This document shows positions 11,423-24,885 of a stretch of DNA of 64,000 bases, piece by piece (position 1 is the stretch's first letter; each line of letters begins with the position of its first letter). The DNA is taken from the NCBI GenBank assembly GCA_951406725.2, contig OX597815.1:58962001-59026000 (forward strand). Reading direction: 5' to 3'. This DNA is from Octopus vulgaris (taxonomy: Eukaryota). Both the position numbers and the translations under genes were made by a program. The notes beneath the pieces are model-generated. The model did no database searches and had not been told where the DNA came from. It saw nothing but the letters and a program-made list of their open reading frames with translations.

Positions 11423-12126
11423 CTAGAGTTGAGTTGGGGGGGGGGACCAGCTGAGAAAGGTTCCACCAGTGAAAAGAGAGGGAGAGATAGTGGGGAAGGT
11501 TGGGGTAAGGAGGAACGATGACAGGGAAGGGTTAGTGCAGGTTCGTAAGAAATAGAAACGTAGGATATCACAAGGCGGGGAGGGGACTGGAAGGAGATAG
11601 TCGGATTGAGGCAGTGACAAATTCAAAACAGGAGGTAACGTAAGATCAGTGGGGCGGTTGATGAGCTGCGGCGCTAGCAGCTTGTCTTGGTGGGGGGAAG
11701 GGGTAGTACACAGTGAAAGCATGTGAGGAGGAGGGGTAGGAGGGAGAGACACACGTAATGGTGGTGGGGGAGGAGGAGGGAGGAGGGCATATCCGGTGTA
11801 GATGGTGAGAACAGTGTTCACTGGTATTGGTGGTGGGAGGGCGGGGGCATCGCCAAATGGCGGGAAGATGGAATTAAGGATTGAAGGTAACCTTAAACGG
11901 TTAAATTTTGTAGAGTAAGATAGGAAAAAACAAAGCAAGTTAAGACATTTAACGAATGAGAGGTACGGAAGATAAATGAGATAAAAATCTTTGAACTTGC
12001 TGTGGACATCAAGCCGGAAGTTGATTTGGAGAAGAAGGAAGTTTGAATTGGGGATTGTAATGGCCAAATGGCGGGAAGATGGAATTAAGGATTGAAGGTA
12101 ACCTTAAACGGTTAAATTTCGTAGAG
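11423..12126 (-). mobile_element. Unclassified purine/pyrimidine-skewed insert with terminal 64-bp internal duplication
   Basis: GC-richer block with a Pro/Leu-rich ORF. 11852-11915 is repeated at 12063-12126. Confidence 0.4.
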
Positions 12127-12451
12127 ACGTATTTGTCATTTTCAGATTTTGTGTGTATCTAGCCAACTAAATATGTTTCGCATTTATTCTTCATTTTTAT
12201 TTTGCATGTTTGTGTGGGCATGCATCTGTCCGTCCGTCCTTCCACAGCCTCATTTTGACTTATATTTTCAACTTCTGAAAATATCATTGTAAGTTAGGGG
12301 TACCTGTATTTGAATTTTTTGATGATTTAGTCAACTTGTTTTATATTCGTATATATGTGAGGCCTTCAATTTTTCTTTTTCCATTTCTTTTTTACTTTGC
12401 AATATGCATAGTTTAATCTTTTTTTCTTATTAATATGTGATTTATTTTCAG

Positions 12452-12554
12452 CTCCAAAAGTTTATGTTGTTTTAATGGATTGTTGTTTGTATTATTATAA
12501 GAATGAGAGAGACAAAGAACCTAAGGGAAAATACCCTCTTTATGGTTATAACAC
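12452..12554 (+). CDS. SH3BP2: Internal coding exon, PH domain of an SH3BP2 (3BP2)-like adaptor
   Basis: Acceptor ttattttcAG at 12450-12451 and donor GTGAGT at 12555. The 103-nt exon reads xPKVYVVLMDCCLYYYKNERDKEPKGKYPLYGYN(T), resembling vertebrate 3BP2 PH [35 protein letters not shown] (recalled). Its phase-2 end joins exon 37678 in frame. Orthology is untested. Confidence 0.78.
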
Positions 12555-12989
12555 GTGAGTATATGTTAAGTATCTAACATGCATCTTATACAATAAATAC
12601 ATATACTCTACTAACATGCATCTTGTCCAATAAATACATATACAAACATAAACCTGATTTCACCAAGCTTTTGCGCTGCTTTTTATGAAGCTAACTTATT
12701 CATTGAGCCAATTCATTCTATCCAATAACAAAGTCGACTTTCCAGTCCAATGCTTGCATGTCTTGTGCACTCTTTCAGTGGCATTTCTTAATATTCATCC
12801 CAGCTATGTTTGTGGTTTTCTTTTGCTAATTTCTCATCCATTTTAATTTCAATATGATTTTCTTCATTGAACCAATATTATTTTTTACTTTTTTTCTTTA
12901 CTTTTCTTTACTGATATATTCCATAAATTTTATCAGACACTTATGAGTACAAGGTACATGAGTACAAGATACTTTCTCAGGAGTGACAT

Positions 12990-13490
12990 TTATTTAATTT
13001 CAAAGTACAAAACTCAAATCTTCATGGTAGCATCCTCTGACTTCTATGCTCTTGTTGTAGCATTCTGACCACTTCATGGAGGCACCATGGAAGTCTTGAA
13101 TTCCCTCAAAACTTTCACAAAGTACTCTTTGTTGACTTTCTGGCCAAGGGGAACCTAGTGGTGTGGATGATATCCTTGCTGAAAAAGGGGATCATCATGA
13201 GCTTCCCAATGGACTTGCTTTGCTTGGCCTTCTTGTGTCTGAGGGTGCTAGGATGCTTGGGTACTTTGTCTCTTGGTCTCTGATGCTCACCTCATACAAG
13301 TTAATCCATTAGCAATCTGGAGCATTTCATAAGTTTCTGTAGTGCCTTTGCCCAGTTTAACCCAAAACTTTATTGCATACAGCCTTTCAAAATTGTCTTC
13401 ATGCCAAAAATGTATTCTGTAAACTAGTCAGCTGTGACAAGCAGTGTTTAGTGGGATTTGTTCAAAGTGAAGTATTAAAACTTCTGGAAT
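12990..13490 (-). mobile_element. mariner transposase remnant
   Basis: Minus-strand KKAKQSKSIGKLMMIPF, PLGQKVNKEYF and FHGASMKWSECYNKSIEVRG. Confidence 0.6.
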
Positions 13491-14542
13491 GCACATTGTA
13501 AAACAAAATTTATGTTTACAACTATAATTTCATATTTGATTTTTGCTGTAAGAGCAATGTAATTATATTCTCTCATTCTTTTATTTAGTTTTACTGTGTT
13601 GTCATTTGTAGCTGTTAGTGTTACTGGTTAGTCAGATTTGATTTAGCTGATCAAGTAGCACAGAGACAACTGGTTGAATCAGATGTAAATTAGGAACATC
13701 TCTAATTGAAAGATTGTAGTTCTGTTTTGAGTGTTAATTGTTGGGGTAATATGGGAAAAACATTTCAGATGTAGGTTGTTAGACCACACTATTTAGAAGT
13801 GCTTCTCCAAGAGGCACACCTAATCTTGTCAAACCTCCTCCATTACCATTAACTTCAGATCAGTAGATTAATATCTCCTGGAAAGTAGACTTATCAGAAT
13901 TACTAGCTCAGTTGCTACACCTCATAAAAGGATAAAATAATTAGGCTCCTCTATTACCTTTTTCTGTTTTACACTTATAGAACCAAGAGGTACATCAGAA
14001 CCTAACTGCAGAGAAAGCAACAGAATTATTAATCCCAGTGACTGCAGAAGGATGAAAAGTAGTAAAAATACCTAAGGAATGAACAAGAAAGGAACCTCTC
14101 TCTCCCTCTCAATTATAAACAATTAAATTGCTTTATCAAAGTGAACAACTCCCCCAACAAATAAATACAGTCAATATGAAAGTAAAGAATTTAATATTTG
14201 ATAGTAGTGGATGGCTTGAAATACATCCAATATAGTTTGTTCAGCCAGTCAGTGGTCAAAATTCACCCACCCCTCTTTTAGAAAAGATTTAGAGGTTTCT
14301 TTTCAAAGATGTTGAGGAAATCAATCACAAGCTGTCCTCAGTGAAAGTACCTGTTTAGGTACTTTCACTGAGATAAAACAGATTTTCTTTACTATATTCA
14401 CTACTCAGAATGACAATCCTTGGAGTTTGGTTTATAATGCCAATGGACTAAGTTATAAGCAGGGAAATCTTTCAATTAACCTTAGAGCTTGATTAGTGGA
14501 TGTAACTTGCATTGTCTGATATAAAAGTTGAATCTCCAATTA

Positions 14543-15796
14543 CGAGGGTTGTTCATTAAAGATTTCCCCTGACTCACTTCCCAAGGGCTGGGATAAATGA
14601 AACTTTGCACAATTATTAGTCCTTCTCTACATAGTCACTACCAATAGTGACACCCTTCTCCCATCACTTTATGCAGTTGTGAAGGCCTCATCTGTAGAAG
14701 TCAGTAGATTGCGTCTGGAGCCAAGACTACTTTGGAAATAAGTTCATCATCCGAAAAGTGTTTCCCTTTCAAAAAAGACTTCATGGTTGGAAAGAGGTGG
14801 AAATCAGATGGTGTGAGATCAGGAGAGTAAGGGGACGAGGAAGGATTTCTTGACCACAGGAGTGTACTTTCATCTGGGCATCATGCATATTGTGAACTGT
14901 GGTGTTGTCTTGGAGGAGGTGGACTCCTTTGGTCAGCATGCCACGCCACTCTGCTTTGATGGCATTCCACAATTTCTGCAGCAGAGAAGCATAATATATA
15001 ATATGCCCCATTAATTGTGGTGCCCTTTGGCAGAAAATCCATCATCACTACTCTGTACAGGTCCCAAAAGACTATGAGCATAACCTTGGAGACAAGCCTT
15101 CTTTGGAGGTGATGAGTTATCATGCTTCCATTGCTTCAACTGGATTTTAAGATCATAGTGATGGACACATGTTTCATCCTATGTGATAAGTCTGCCGAAA
15201 AAGTCTCCCTCGTGTTCTTGGCACATTGCCAAAAGAACCTGGGAGCAATTGACTCATTCCTGCTTTTGAAAAGGTGTGAGCATCTGGGGAATCTATCATG
15301 CAGACAACTTCTGCTTATGCAAATGATCATGAATGTTTTTTGCCACAAACCCTACACTTACCATCACCTCTTGGGCTAGTTGCTGAATAGTTATGTGGCG
15401 ATACTCCAAAATGGTAGCTTTCTCTTTATAGATGGTGTCACCATCAATGGTGGAATGTGTTCATTGAGGAATAGGAGCAGTTTCCACCAATGTTCAACCA
15501 CATTTGAACTAGCAATGCCAATGGTTGACTATGTCATTTGATGGTGCATCATCATCAAAAGTCTCTTTTGGTGTATGAATTTTCAAATATAAGATCCTGA
15601 TCACTGATCTACATTCAACTCCCTCTATAATAACACCTTGGTCCACTTCAGCAGCCATAAAAAACAAATGAATACTAGTTGAAAGCTACAATTTACAATG
15701 TTCCCTGTAGAAACATGTCTGATTATACCTGTACAAGTTCTGTTTCTTGCCTTAACTGGAAGCAGGTCAGGGGAAATCTTTAATGAATGCCCCTTG
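14543..15796 (-). mobile_element. mariner DNA transposon, full length, decayed transposase
   Basis: TIRs cgagggttgttcattaaagatttcccctgac and gtcaggggaaatctttaatgaatgccccttg. TA TSDs at 14541-14542 and 15797-15798. Remnants KVMLIVFWD, LLQDN and frameshifted YSPDL. Confidence 0.92.
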
Positions 15797-16169
15797 TATG
15801 TGTAATCTAAAATGATTTACAAGTCATACTGCAGGTTGAATTCAAGAGAATTGGTTGCACTGGCATTTTTAAGGTTTCATTAATATTTCTAACTTTAAGG
15901 ATTGTGGTAGTGTTCCTTGATAACAACAATGTCAAAGAAAGTCTGAATTCACTTCTGCGCAACTAAAGAAGGAATCCAGTACAGTTATATTTTAGTTATT
16001 ATTATTATCATCTTTATTCACTTAACTTCTGATATATCTATGTCTACATTACATCTCAGTTCCTTTCCACAGCTTACCTCAACACAAGAGTTGTTCTAAG
16101 TATTGCTGCCATCTGAACATTCCTAAGATGCTTGATATTTGCAGCTTTTTATGCCAGAATATTGCTCTT

Positions 16170-19100
16170 TTTTGAGATGGTCCCAAGTTTATCCCTTTAT
16201 CCTTTTACTAGTTTCAGTCATTCAACTGTGGTCATACTGGAGCACCTCTTTGTGACAGCTAATGCCTGCATCAGCTGGGAGTGCATTGATCACAGTAGGT
16301 GATCTGATCAAGTGCACTGATCACAATAGGTATCATACTCACTTTGAGGCTCTATGGATTCTTTTCACTTACAATCATCCTAGGGCTTGGTACTTCCTGA
16401 CTTTCTCATCCTCTCTCTTCACAATATTCTGGTCTGCAGATATAGCTACATCAATGTAAGTCCATTCTTTAGACTCCTTCAGGAGAGTGGTATCTGGTTG
16501 TAGATTTTTGTCTGTATATCCCATGTGAGTTTAGCTTATCCCATGTGAGTTCCACCTGATCATTATCTGCTACTAGGAAAGGTTGGTGCTTATACCACTT
16601 GTTGAGACATTCTAACCCATACTTCTTGCACAACTCCCAGTGTATTTATGCTGCTATTTTGTCATGGTGTTTTGTGTACTGCTTTGGGCTAGCTTTGAGC
16701 ATCCAGTAAGTATATGCCTAGACTCAGATGATTTTTCCATGTAGTCTACACAAAGGTGATACTGTTGTCTCATCAATACTACACTTAATTGGGTTAGTTT
16801 GTAAAGCTTGTTCTTGAGCAGCAAGAATCAGTCTATCCGCTTTCTTCTTTTAAAAAACCATGTCTTAACCATCTCCAGGATTCTTCATCAGCTTCATCCA
16901 CAATTTGTTGGAAAAACTCTCCTTGTAGGACTTTCTCTTTCCAGTTGATGATCTTTTTACTATTAGTCCTCATATTGTACCCTTGGAGGATGTCACCATT
17001 GTCACTGATCACTGATACAAGCATGCAAGGACTCGATCTCCTTCACAACACTATGTTTTTTTCCATCCAGTCCTCTTCCAATTAGGTAACCTTGCTACAT
17101 TACTTCTTGTATGAAAGCAACCATACACATCCATTTCGTTCCTAGTTTTCCTACCCACATTGACAAGTTCTTCCTTTATCCATTCTACAACTCCTGTGTA
17201 GTAATGTACCACACCTACAGCCCAAATGTTGATGCCTCTGATCAGGTTCCCTCCCTTTAGTCTATATTTGCATAACTTTTTAACTCTTCTGGTATATTTT
17301 GAAGAAATCATTTCCTTTGTCTTGGTGTTTAGCATCTGGCCTAGTTGTAAAACACCAAAATATTTGTAACCTTCTCTTGCTCCACTGCTGTTTACTTTTC
17401 GTCCATTCCTCAGTTCAATAACAGTGCATTTCTCAAACCAAATGCCATCTGGATATCCTGAGAGAAAATTCATACATACTGAATAAGGGAATCCAATTGA
17501 TCACTGCTAGCTCCAATTGACCACTGTTAGAGTGATTGGTCTCATGTTTTTCTGCAGTTTGTAACCAGTTTCCTTCTTTCTCAGAACCATGGATAGTGGT
17601 AACATACATACTGAATCTCCTTAAAAGATTCTTTTCTTGATGTTGATTTGTCCAATCTCCCTTCCACTTGCAGTCAAAACTGTCTTCCAGTTTCTCATAC
17701 TATTTTTGAACAAATTAATTGAATTTTTCACTGCCCCAAATTATCATGCATTTTGGAATCCACAAGTAGGGAACCATATCATATATCTTCTTATAGTTAA
17801 TCCAAGCCATTGTTAGGCTTGTCAAACTTCTTTGGCAATTCCTCAAAATTGCCTTATCAATCAGCAACTGATCCTTTGTTCCTTTGGATCTCTTCTTGCA
17901 GCCTTTCTGTTCATCTACTAGCAGTTCATTTCTTTCAAGATGGTTTCTTTTCTAGTATTCCAGTTAGAAGTGTCCACATCATATATTAACAAGCAGTCAA
18001 ACACTGGTTACTGGCCATGGCACCCTTGGATGGATCTTTTTGAATCAATTCAGTTCTTTATTTGACCATGCATTCTGATACAATTCCTTGGTGTTCACAG
18101 CCTTACAGTAGTTTAGGATCTAAGTTTACCAACATCTTGAACCAAAAGTCCTGAACTAGGTCTGGGTCAGCTGCTTTCCAATTTCTCATCTTACCAACTG
18201 CAGCTTGAATATCTTCCAACATGATAACAATGTCCTCCTGTATCTTCATGTCTTTGAATTCTTCTTCTACTTCATGGAACTAGGATATCCTATTGTTGTG
18301 TTTGACATTCTCTGATCAAGGGTCGATAAATTAAGTACCAGTTGCATACTGGAGTCGATCTAATCAACTGGTCCCCTCCCCAAAAATTTCGGGTCTTGTG
18401 CCTAGAGTAGAAAAGAACATTCTCTGACCAGATCTTGCTCCAAAAGGAAGCTGCTTCTTTGGGATCAGGTAACTCTGCTTCTTCCTTATCTCCTCTATCA
18501 AGACTTGTAGAACAGCTTCTGATTTGTTCTAAACTGTTGATTTTGTTTAAATTGTAGACATCTTTCCTTTTATCTTTTGATCTTAACTGTACCTACTTTA
18601 ATCTTTTGTTTTAACATATCTGATATAACTAGAATCCCTTTATCCATCAGGTGGTATTTCTTATTCATGTAATTCTGATCTTTTTCATATTTCCACTCCT
18701 TACTTCCTCTTACTTAAATCCATCTGTCATGTATTGAATTTTTCTTTTCTTCTCCTTTTCCAGAATGATTCTTTGTTTCTTTGTACTTACTTTTCTCTAA
18801 ATATTCTTCCCTGTGGTGACACAAACAGTGGCATACATCAAAGAATTTAGTTCAGTGATATCCTTAATTGGAATTTTCGTGTCATCCTCTTCCTTGAGTT
18901 CTGATCTGAGCTTTGCTCTATCACATGATTTCAATGATGGTAACCTTTTCCTTTCCTCAAGTAACACTACTTCCAGAATTCTATGGTGGAGAGTAGCTAA
19001 TTCTAGGTTAATTTCTTCGGTGACTTTCTAGTTGGAGGTACATTAATGTCTTCTATATATTGTAGATTCCCTCCCTCCATGTCCCAATTTTGCAGATCCT

Positions 19101-19740
19101 CCTGTTCTATGCATATTTCTTTGGGACCAGTAGTCCCTTGCAGTTCCTTTCTTACTTGCATTATTATCTTCTCTTGTCCAATCTTCTCTAACCACATTTT
19201 GGGCTTAATTTGTCTTTGTCTAATCTGATCAGCTGATCTTTATTCACTCACATCCTTCAGCTCTTCATACTGATATTTTTTCCAGAGTTCTAATAACCTT
19301 TTCCTATAGCCTCTTTTCTCTGGTTTACTCCCTATTGTAACATTTGAAAAACAATTTGTTGTTCTCCCTCATCCATTTTAATTTCCTTTGCTGTTGAGGT
19401 TCAGCAGCAGCTTGATTATAACTGGACCTACACTGATGTTCATTAGGACACCTACTAGATGCAATACTTTCACTAAAAGCTCCAACCTTTTAAGTTGGTT
19501 GTCCTGAACTGGTTGCCACCTCCAGTATTTATCCTTGCAGTACTTAAAGACTCATATAGTTGGATGGCCATTGACTCTCGGGATTATCCATTCTTTAACA
19601 GGTTTTGTTTCTCATGATGCAGGTTGTTGAACAAAATCCGCACTCCTTACCAGGCAAGTGCTTGGTACAGTTGCTGTTTTAGTCATTGTTGGTTTGAGCA
19701 TGGATCAGGTTGTACTGGATTACATGTTACCAATAATACT
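16170..19740 (-). mobile_element. Long decayed R4/Dong-like RLE LINE
   Basis: FEKC, YKYFGVLQ, GNLIRGINIWAVGVV, FHTRSNVARL, WKEKVLQGEF, SWRWL, plus an RLE-like PD..YIDVAI..EKVRKY remnant. Confidence 0.85.
18316..18416 (+). mobile_element. 5'-truncated SINE (family of 35077-35292) with 11-bp TSD
   Basis: gtcgataaattaagtaccag...tagagtagaaaag. TSD ACATTCTCTGA at 18305-18315 and 18417-18427. Confidence 0.8.
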
Positions 19741-20307
19741 AGAAGTGACCTGACATATTATTACAATTATTTATTATAACTACTAGTTCTATTTTTACCA
19801 CCAAAAATTATTACTACTACTAAAACCAATTGTACTCTTATCATTCCAAATACTATTCCTATTATTATGTTCTTATGATCATCCATTCTACCGTTATCAT
19901 TAACAAAATACAAGAGGAGGTGGTAGGATGAACCTGAGATTTCAGGATTTCTAGTACAAGCACTTTTGTTATAGGTGATGGGGTGGACTTTAGTGGGTGC
20001 ACCACATGCAAGCAGGTTTCTAACATTGGATAGAAAGATAGCAAAATGCAAAACAAACTAAAAAATAGGAAAGATAAGAGAACAACTCTAAACTAAATTT
20101 TTCTAACTTACTGATGATAAGGAAAAGTAAAAACATTTCGATCTACCTGCATACTGAGAAAAATAGCCCTGGTTTTGACTCAAGTTCATAAAGCTCAAAT
20201 AAAACACAATTTCAAAATAACAACTTTTAATAATAAACACCAATTCACGTTGAAGAAAGCAGGTGTCCATTGCCCTTATCTTCTTCATTCCATTGAGTTT
20301 ACTTCCC

Positions 20308-20341
<34 letters not shown>

Positions 20342-20984
20342 TGGTTCAGCTCAGGTTTGGTCTTATTCCTGGTAGGATTTATGTGGGTAGCAGGTTACCA
20401 CCTGTAACCTTAAGTACCCCCACAAGTTTTCAGCTGTCTTTCAAGTGCTTAGAACCCTCCGGATAATCTTTGCTACCCCTAAGAGACAAACATTCTGTAG
20501 GAGCTCTACCAGGCATTCTATTCCAATCTCCTTCAGCCATTTGTCTATATCTTTGCTAACTGTTCCCAATGCACCAATTATTATAGGCATGATCTTTACT
20601 GTTCTCATGCTCCAAATTCTTCCAGTTCCAAATTTTAAGGGATTTTAATTTTTTTTCTTTTTGTTTTTCGTCCTCTCTTTTTACGATCCTGGAATCAAAC
20701 AGGTATGATGAGTTAATTAGTAAGCAACTTTGCTTTTCTTTATCTATAATTGTAAAGTCTGGTCCATTATTTTCTAACTTCTTGTCCGTTTGAATAAGTA
20801 CAGCTGTTGTTCCTAGTTACAACATTTTTAAGATCTCTATTTCAAGGCCCTTATATTTACTTAACTTCTCAAATATTTTTACAGAAGTGTTGCATTCTGC
20901 TGTGATTGACATATTTATGAGCAGACATATTTTGTCAACATGATTTGTTTCACCACAATACCATGTCTATTTGCCTGTAAAGTA

Positions 20985-23561
20985 CCAGTTGGTAAACGTT
21001 TGGCTGAAAATTGGTTGCAGGCAATTTGATTGGGAAATCTCATAAGGAATCGGTTTATCGATGGTTTTTTTTTTTGTTTTTTGAGAACTTAGAGCATTCA
21101 AAGATTCCATGAGTCCTAAGTAATGCTGGCATCAAGTTTGAGCAAAATATGTCAAAATTGGTAAAAGTTATGGTTGAAAATGGTGTGTAACCAATTTTAG
21201 TGGGAAATCCTATAAGGAATCAGTTTATCAATTTTTTATCCTGATTGAATGGAAAACCCCAAATGGATGCCTGCCACCAATAGTGTTTGGCCTTAGGATT
21301 TGTTGATGGACATGGTGAAGCATGGTTTCACTGGGAACTGCGATCTGCGGAAGTTAAACAGTATGTCTGATCCCGAGGGATAAAACAGCATCCTTGAAAT
21401 GAAAACATTGTCACCCCCTCCTGCACCCTGTAACAATGGTGGCCTCAATCAAGTTAGGTGTCAGGGACTTGATTACTAAGCGGGTACCGTTGCACTGTTT
21501 ATGTGGAAGCAAGTTTCTGATTAGCATAATTGGGCATCCAACCCTTAGCCTAAGAATGTGAAGTGGAAGCCATGCTGGCTCCAATGAGTTGAGAAACTCG
21601 ATAGGGTAATTGACAATGTCTTGGGGGTCAGATGTCCAGTCAGTCAATTTGTAAATGTGCTCCTCACCCTGAATTCGGCTTATGAGCTGGTTGTTGATAG
21701 CACTGACAGCTACGTTTTTGGAGGCCAGGATGGTTCTTTCACTAAGCCAATTGATGTCTGCATAATTACTTTCCAGATTGGGGAATACTGTTTCTAAAAG
21801 ATCAGAAGGGTTGTCCACGGTGTTGCACAGTTCAGAGATGGATATGTTGCCCCTATCATTCCTTGGCACCTTGCCTTCTCCAAGGGCTAAAATGTCTTCA
21901 GCAAATGCTGCAGACGTGCTATCACCAAGCAAGTGCACATGCATGTTTGTGCTTAGGCTTAAGGTCTTAACCTGAGCCACAATGTGGATGACTTAAAGCA
22001 TTCGCGCACTTCATCAGCCCAGCTCCCTTTAGGGATGACAGGAAGTGTTTGCTGGAATCTCCTGAAAGCAATAGAGTTATACCACCCATAGAAGCTGTAG
22101 AATCCCTGATATGTTTCAGTGACCAGTCCAGTGCCTCAAGGGCACCCTTATTGGTCATTGTGCATTCATCCCATACAATGAGACGGCACTGTCTAAGAAC
22201 TTCAGCTTCCTCTGAATTTTTGCCAATGTTGCAAGTAGGAACCTCAGCCCTCACTAAATGTAAAGGCAGCTTGAATTCTTAGTGTGCCATCCTACCTCCG
22301 GGCAATATCATAGCAGCAATTCCCAAGGAAGCAATGGCTAGCGCAATTTGTTTCTCACAATGAATCTTAGCAAGTATTGTGTTACAAAGGATTTGCTGAT
22401 ACATCTAGCAGCATCGAGGGAAAAAATGCCTCCCACCTGTTTTTCAACAGCACTGACAACAGTTTCATACACCAGCCTCTGATCAGGGAGCAATTTCGGT
22501 TCATTTATTCTCAGGTACTCCTCAAGGCCATCATATGACAACTCCAGAGGTAACTTTGGTGGGAGTGTGTTAACATCCTGTCGCAATGAGGATGGCAAAC
22601 CGAATGTGTTCAATGCTGCCCCACCCATTTTTAGCAAGGCATCCTCGATTTCAATCAATGCATTATTGTAGATCAGGTCATTGTATCCAATGTCAGCATT
22701 AGGGCACTGTTGCTTTTGCCAGTCATCATTTGCCTTGACCACCAAGAAAGCAAAATTACGTACAGAGAGTTTCATACACAGAAATGAATGGAAAAAAGGT
22801 TTTAGATTAAATTTGCACGATTTTCACTAAGACAAAAAAAAATCGGATTTTTTGCATGGAATCAACTACCCTGGCCTCCTAATATGCTACAAAACCCTTT
22901 TTGTGGTTCGAAAAATGGGGTGGGGTGTGGTGTGGTGGAAGCCTCGGAAATTTCACTCTCCATACCCATTAATCTTTTCATCATCTATTTTTCAATGTAC
23001 ATGGAAAAATCCACCCAAAGTAATGTGTGTGTGAGAGGGGTGGGGGAGAAAGATGAACGATTTAAAATAAATAAATGGTTTAAAATAAATATGTTTTAAT
23101 TGTTGTGTGAGAAAGTGTATATAATCTGATTATAAAATAGTGTCTTTCAAAAACAGCCTAAGTTTGAATACTATATCTCATAGAAAATAAAAGCATTTTA
23201 CATTTTTATTTTTGGTGAACGCTGTCACTTTCTCTCTCCCTCACACACACACACACACACACACATACGTCAACACAACTTCTCTCTCTCTCCCTCACAC
23301 ACACACACACATTTTCACTTCGCTATGGCAAGAAGGGACTTAACTCATGTTAGCAAACTTCAAAATTGGTAAAAGTTAAGGTTGAAAATCGATTTTTACT
23401 TCTACCCTGTGGGTGCCTCAAGAAAAATAATTTGGCGAAAATACAGCTAGGGTCATAACGAATGTCCTCCTAAGATTGGAGCGAGATGCGTGCTAATTTG
23501 TGGACGTGCATAAACTACATTCACATACACACACACACACCCTGCCTTTTATATATACAGA
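20985..23561 (-). mobile_element. Internally deleted Helitron with Pif1 helicase remnants
   Basis: LIVWDECTM, LLLSGD, YPIEFLNSL, LRLRVGCPIMLIRNL..CNGTRL. Minus-strand termini A|TCTGTATATATAAAA ... CTGG|T. Confidence 0.88.
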
Positions 23562-24511
23562 TCTACATCTGCCTTTGGGTGATGCATGCTGTGCACTGTG
23601 AGGAGCTTGCATATTTTTGTATCAATTTTACTGATCTCACTGAGAGACTATTTTATGATCTTAAAGCTGTAGATCACAAGTGGTATACATAAAGTATTGA
23701 TTGCATCAATCCTGTTTTGCACATTAAGTTCGCTCTTTAGGATAGCTCTAACTCTATGGTAACATTCTTTCCACATTCCTTTCACACATTTGTGAGTGCT
23801 GGATGCCATCTTCTTCACATATACCAAAATATTTGTAATTACAAAGATATTTGTAATCCCTCAGTGATGGTAGACTGGTCTTTCTGTATGTTGTTTGTTT
23901 TCTACAGTTTTCTCCTGAAGAATATATCTTTAGTACATTTATCAAGGCCAAACTCTATTCTATTATCATCACTGAATTGTTTTACCACAGTTAAAATTTA
24001 TTCCAGTTGTTGATCATGTTTCATGAAAAACTATAGATCGTCTATGTAAAGGGGGTTGTTGCTTTGTCTATCATATACTCTGTACTCATGTTTTGCATCA
24101 TTCAACAGCTTACTTAGGGGAGCCATGCAAAAGAGTAGTATTGATAGAGAATTACCTTGAAAAATGCCACAGTTTATGTCAATGTCACCAGTGTTCATAG
24201 TAGTTAGTTAGTACATGTCTCTGAATTTGTTATAAGAGTTGTTTTTTTCCATTGCTCCATACTGTTCAACAAAAAATTACCAATAACTGGAGAGATTTTA
24301 TATGTTTTCAAGCATTTCTCAATCCAGCCATGAGGAAGGCTGTCAAATATTATTTTTTATAACCAAGACATGCAATCAGAAAGATTTTTGTATCATTTGT
24401 GAAGAACCATATTATTGATTAAAAGTTGGTCTTTACAACCATACAAGCTATATTTACAACTTTTTTGTTTGTTAGAGAATGTCTTGTTATCCACCAGGAA
24501 GGTACTTAAAT

Positions 24512-24885
24512 GGATTTTTTTTTTTGTTTCAGTCATTAGACTGTAACCATGCTGGGACACTGCCTTGAAGAATTTTACTTATCAATTTTTTGTAAAGCCT
24601 GGTATTTACTCTGTTGGTCTCTTTTGCTGAACTGCTAAGTCATGGGTGTGTAAACATACCAACATCGGTTGTTAAGTGGTGGTGGGGGGACAAACTTGCA
24701 TGCAAAAACACACACACATGTTTACAATGAGCTTATCTCAGTTTCTGTCTGCCAAATCCATTCAAGGCTTTGATCAGCCCAAGGCTATAGTAGAGGACAC
24801 TTGTCCAGATTGCCACACGGTGGGACTGAACCTGGTGCCCATGTATATGAGAAGCAAACTTCTTGCCAAACAACTTGTGCCTATG
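24512..24885 (-). mobile_element. tRNA/CORE-like SINE (family of 47572-47990), decayed
   Basis: tgtttcagtcatt..ctgt..ccatgctgg, ggtctcttttgc, aaggctatagtagaggacac and gtgggactgaacc all match the 47572 copy. Confidence 0.85.

Noticed and set aside
11423-12067. 214-aa Pro-rich ORF as a host gene
   Set aside because: Low-complexity strand skew explains the lack of stops. There is no recognisable domain, and a terminal duplication points to a repeat.
12574-12643. Short tandem duplication just downstream of the exon donor
   Set aside because: A simple ~37-bp slippage duplication with no evidence of function.
14781-15348. Domesticated SETMAR-like gene
   Set aside because: Frameshifts and stops, intact TIRs with TA TSDs, and no SET domain.
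21411-22775. Host PIF1 helicase gene
   Set aside because: Frameshifted and bounded by Helitron termini.
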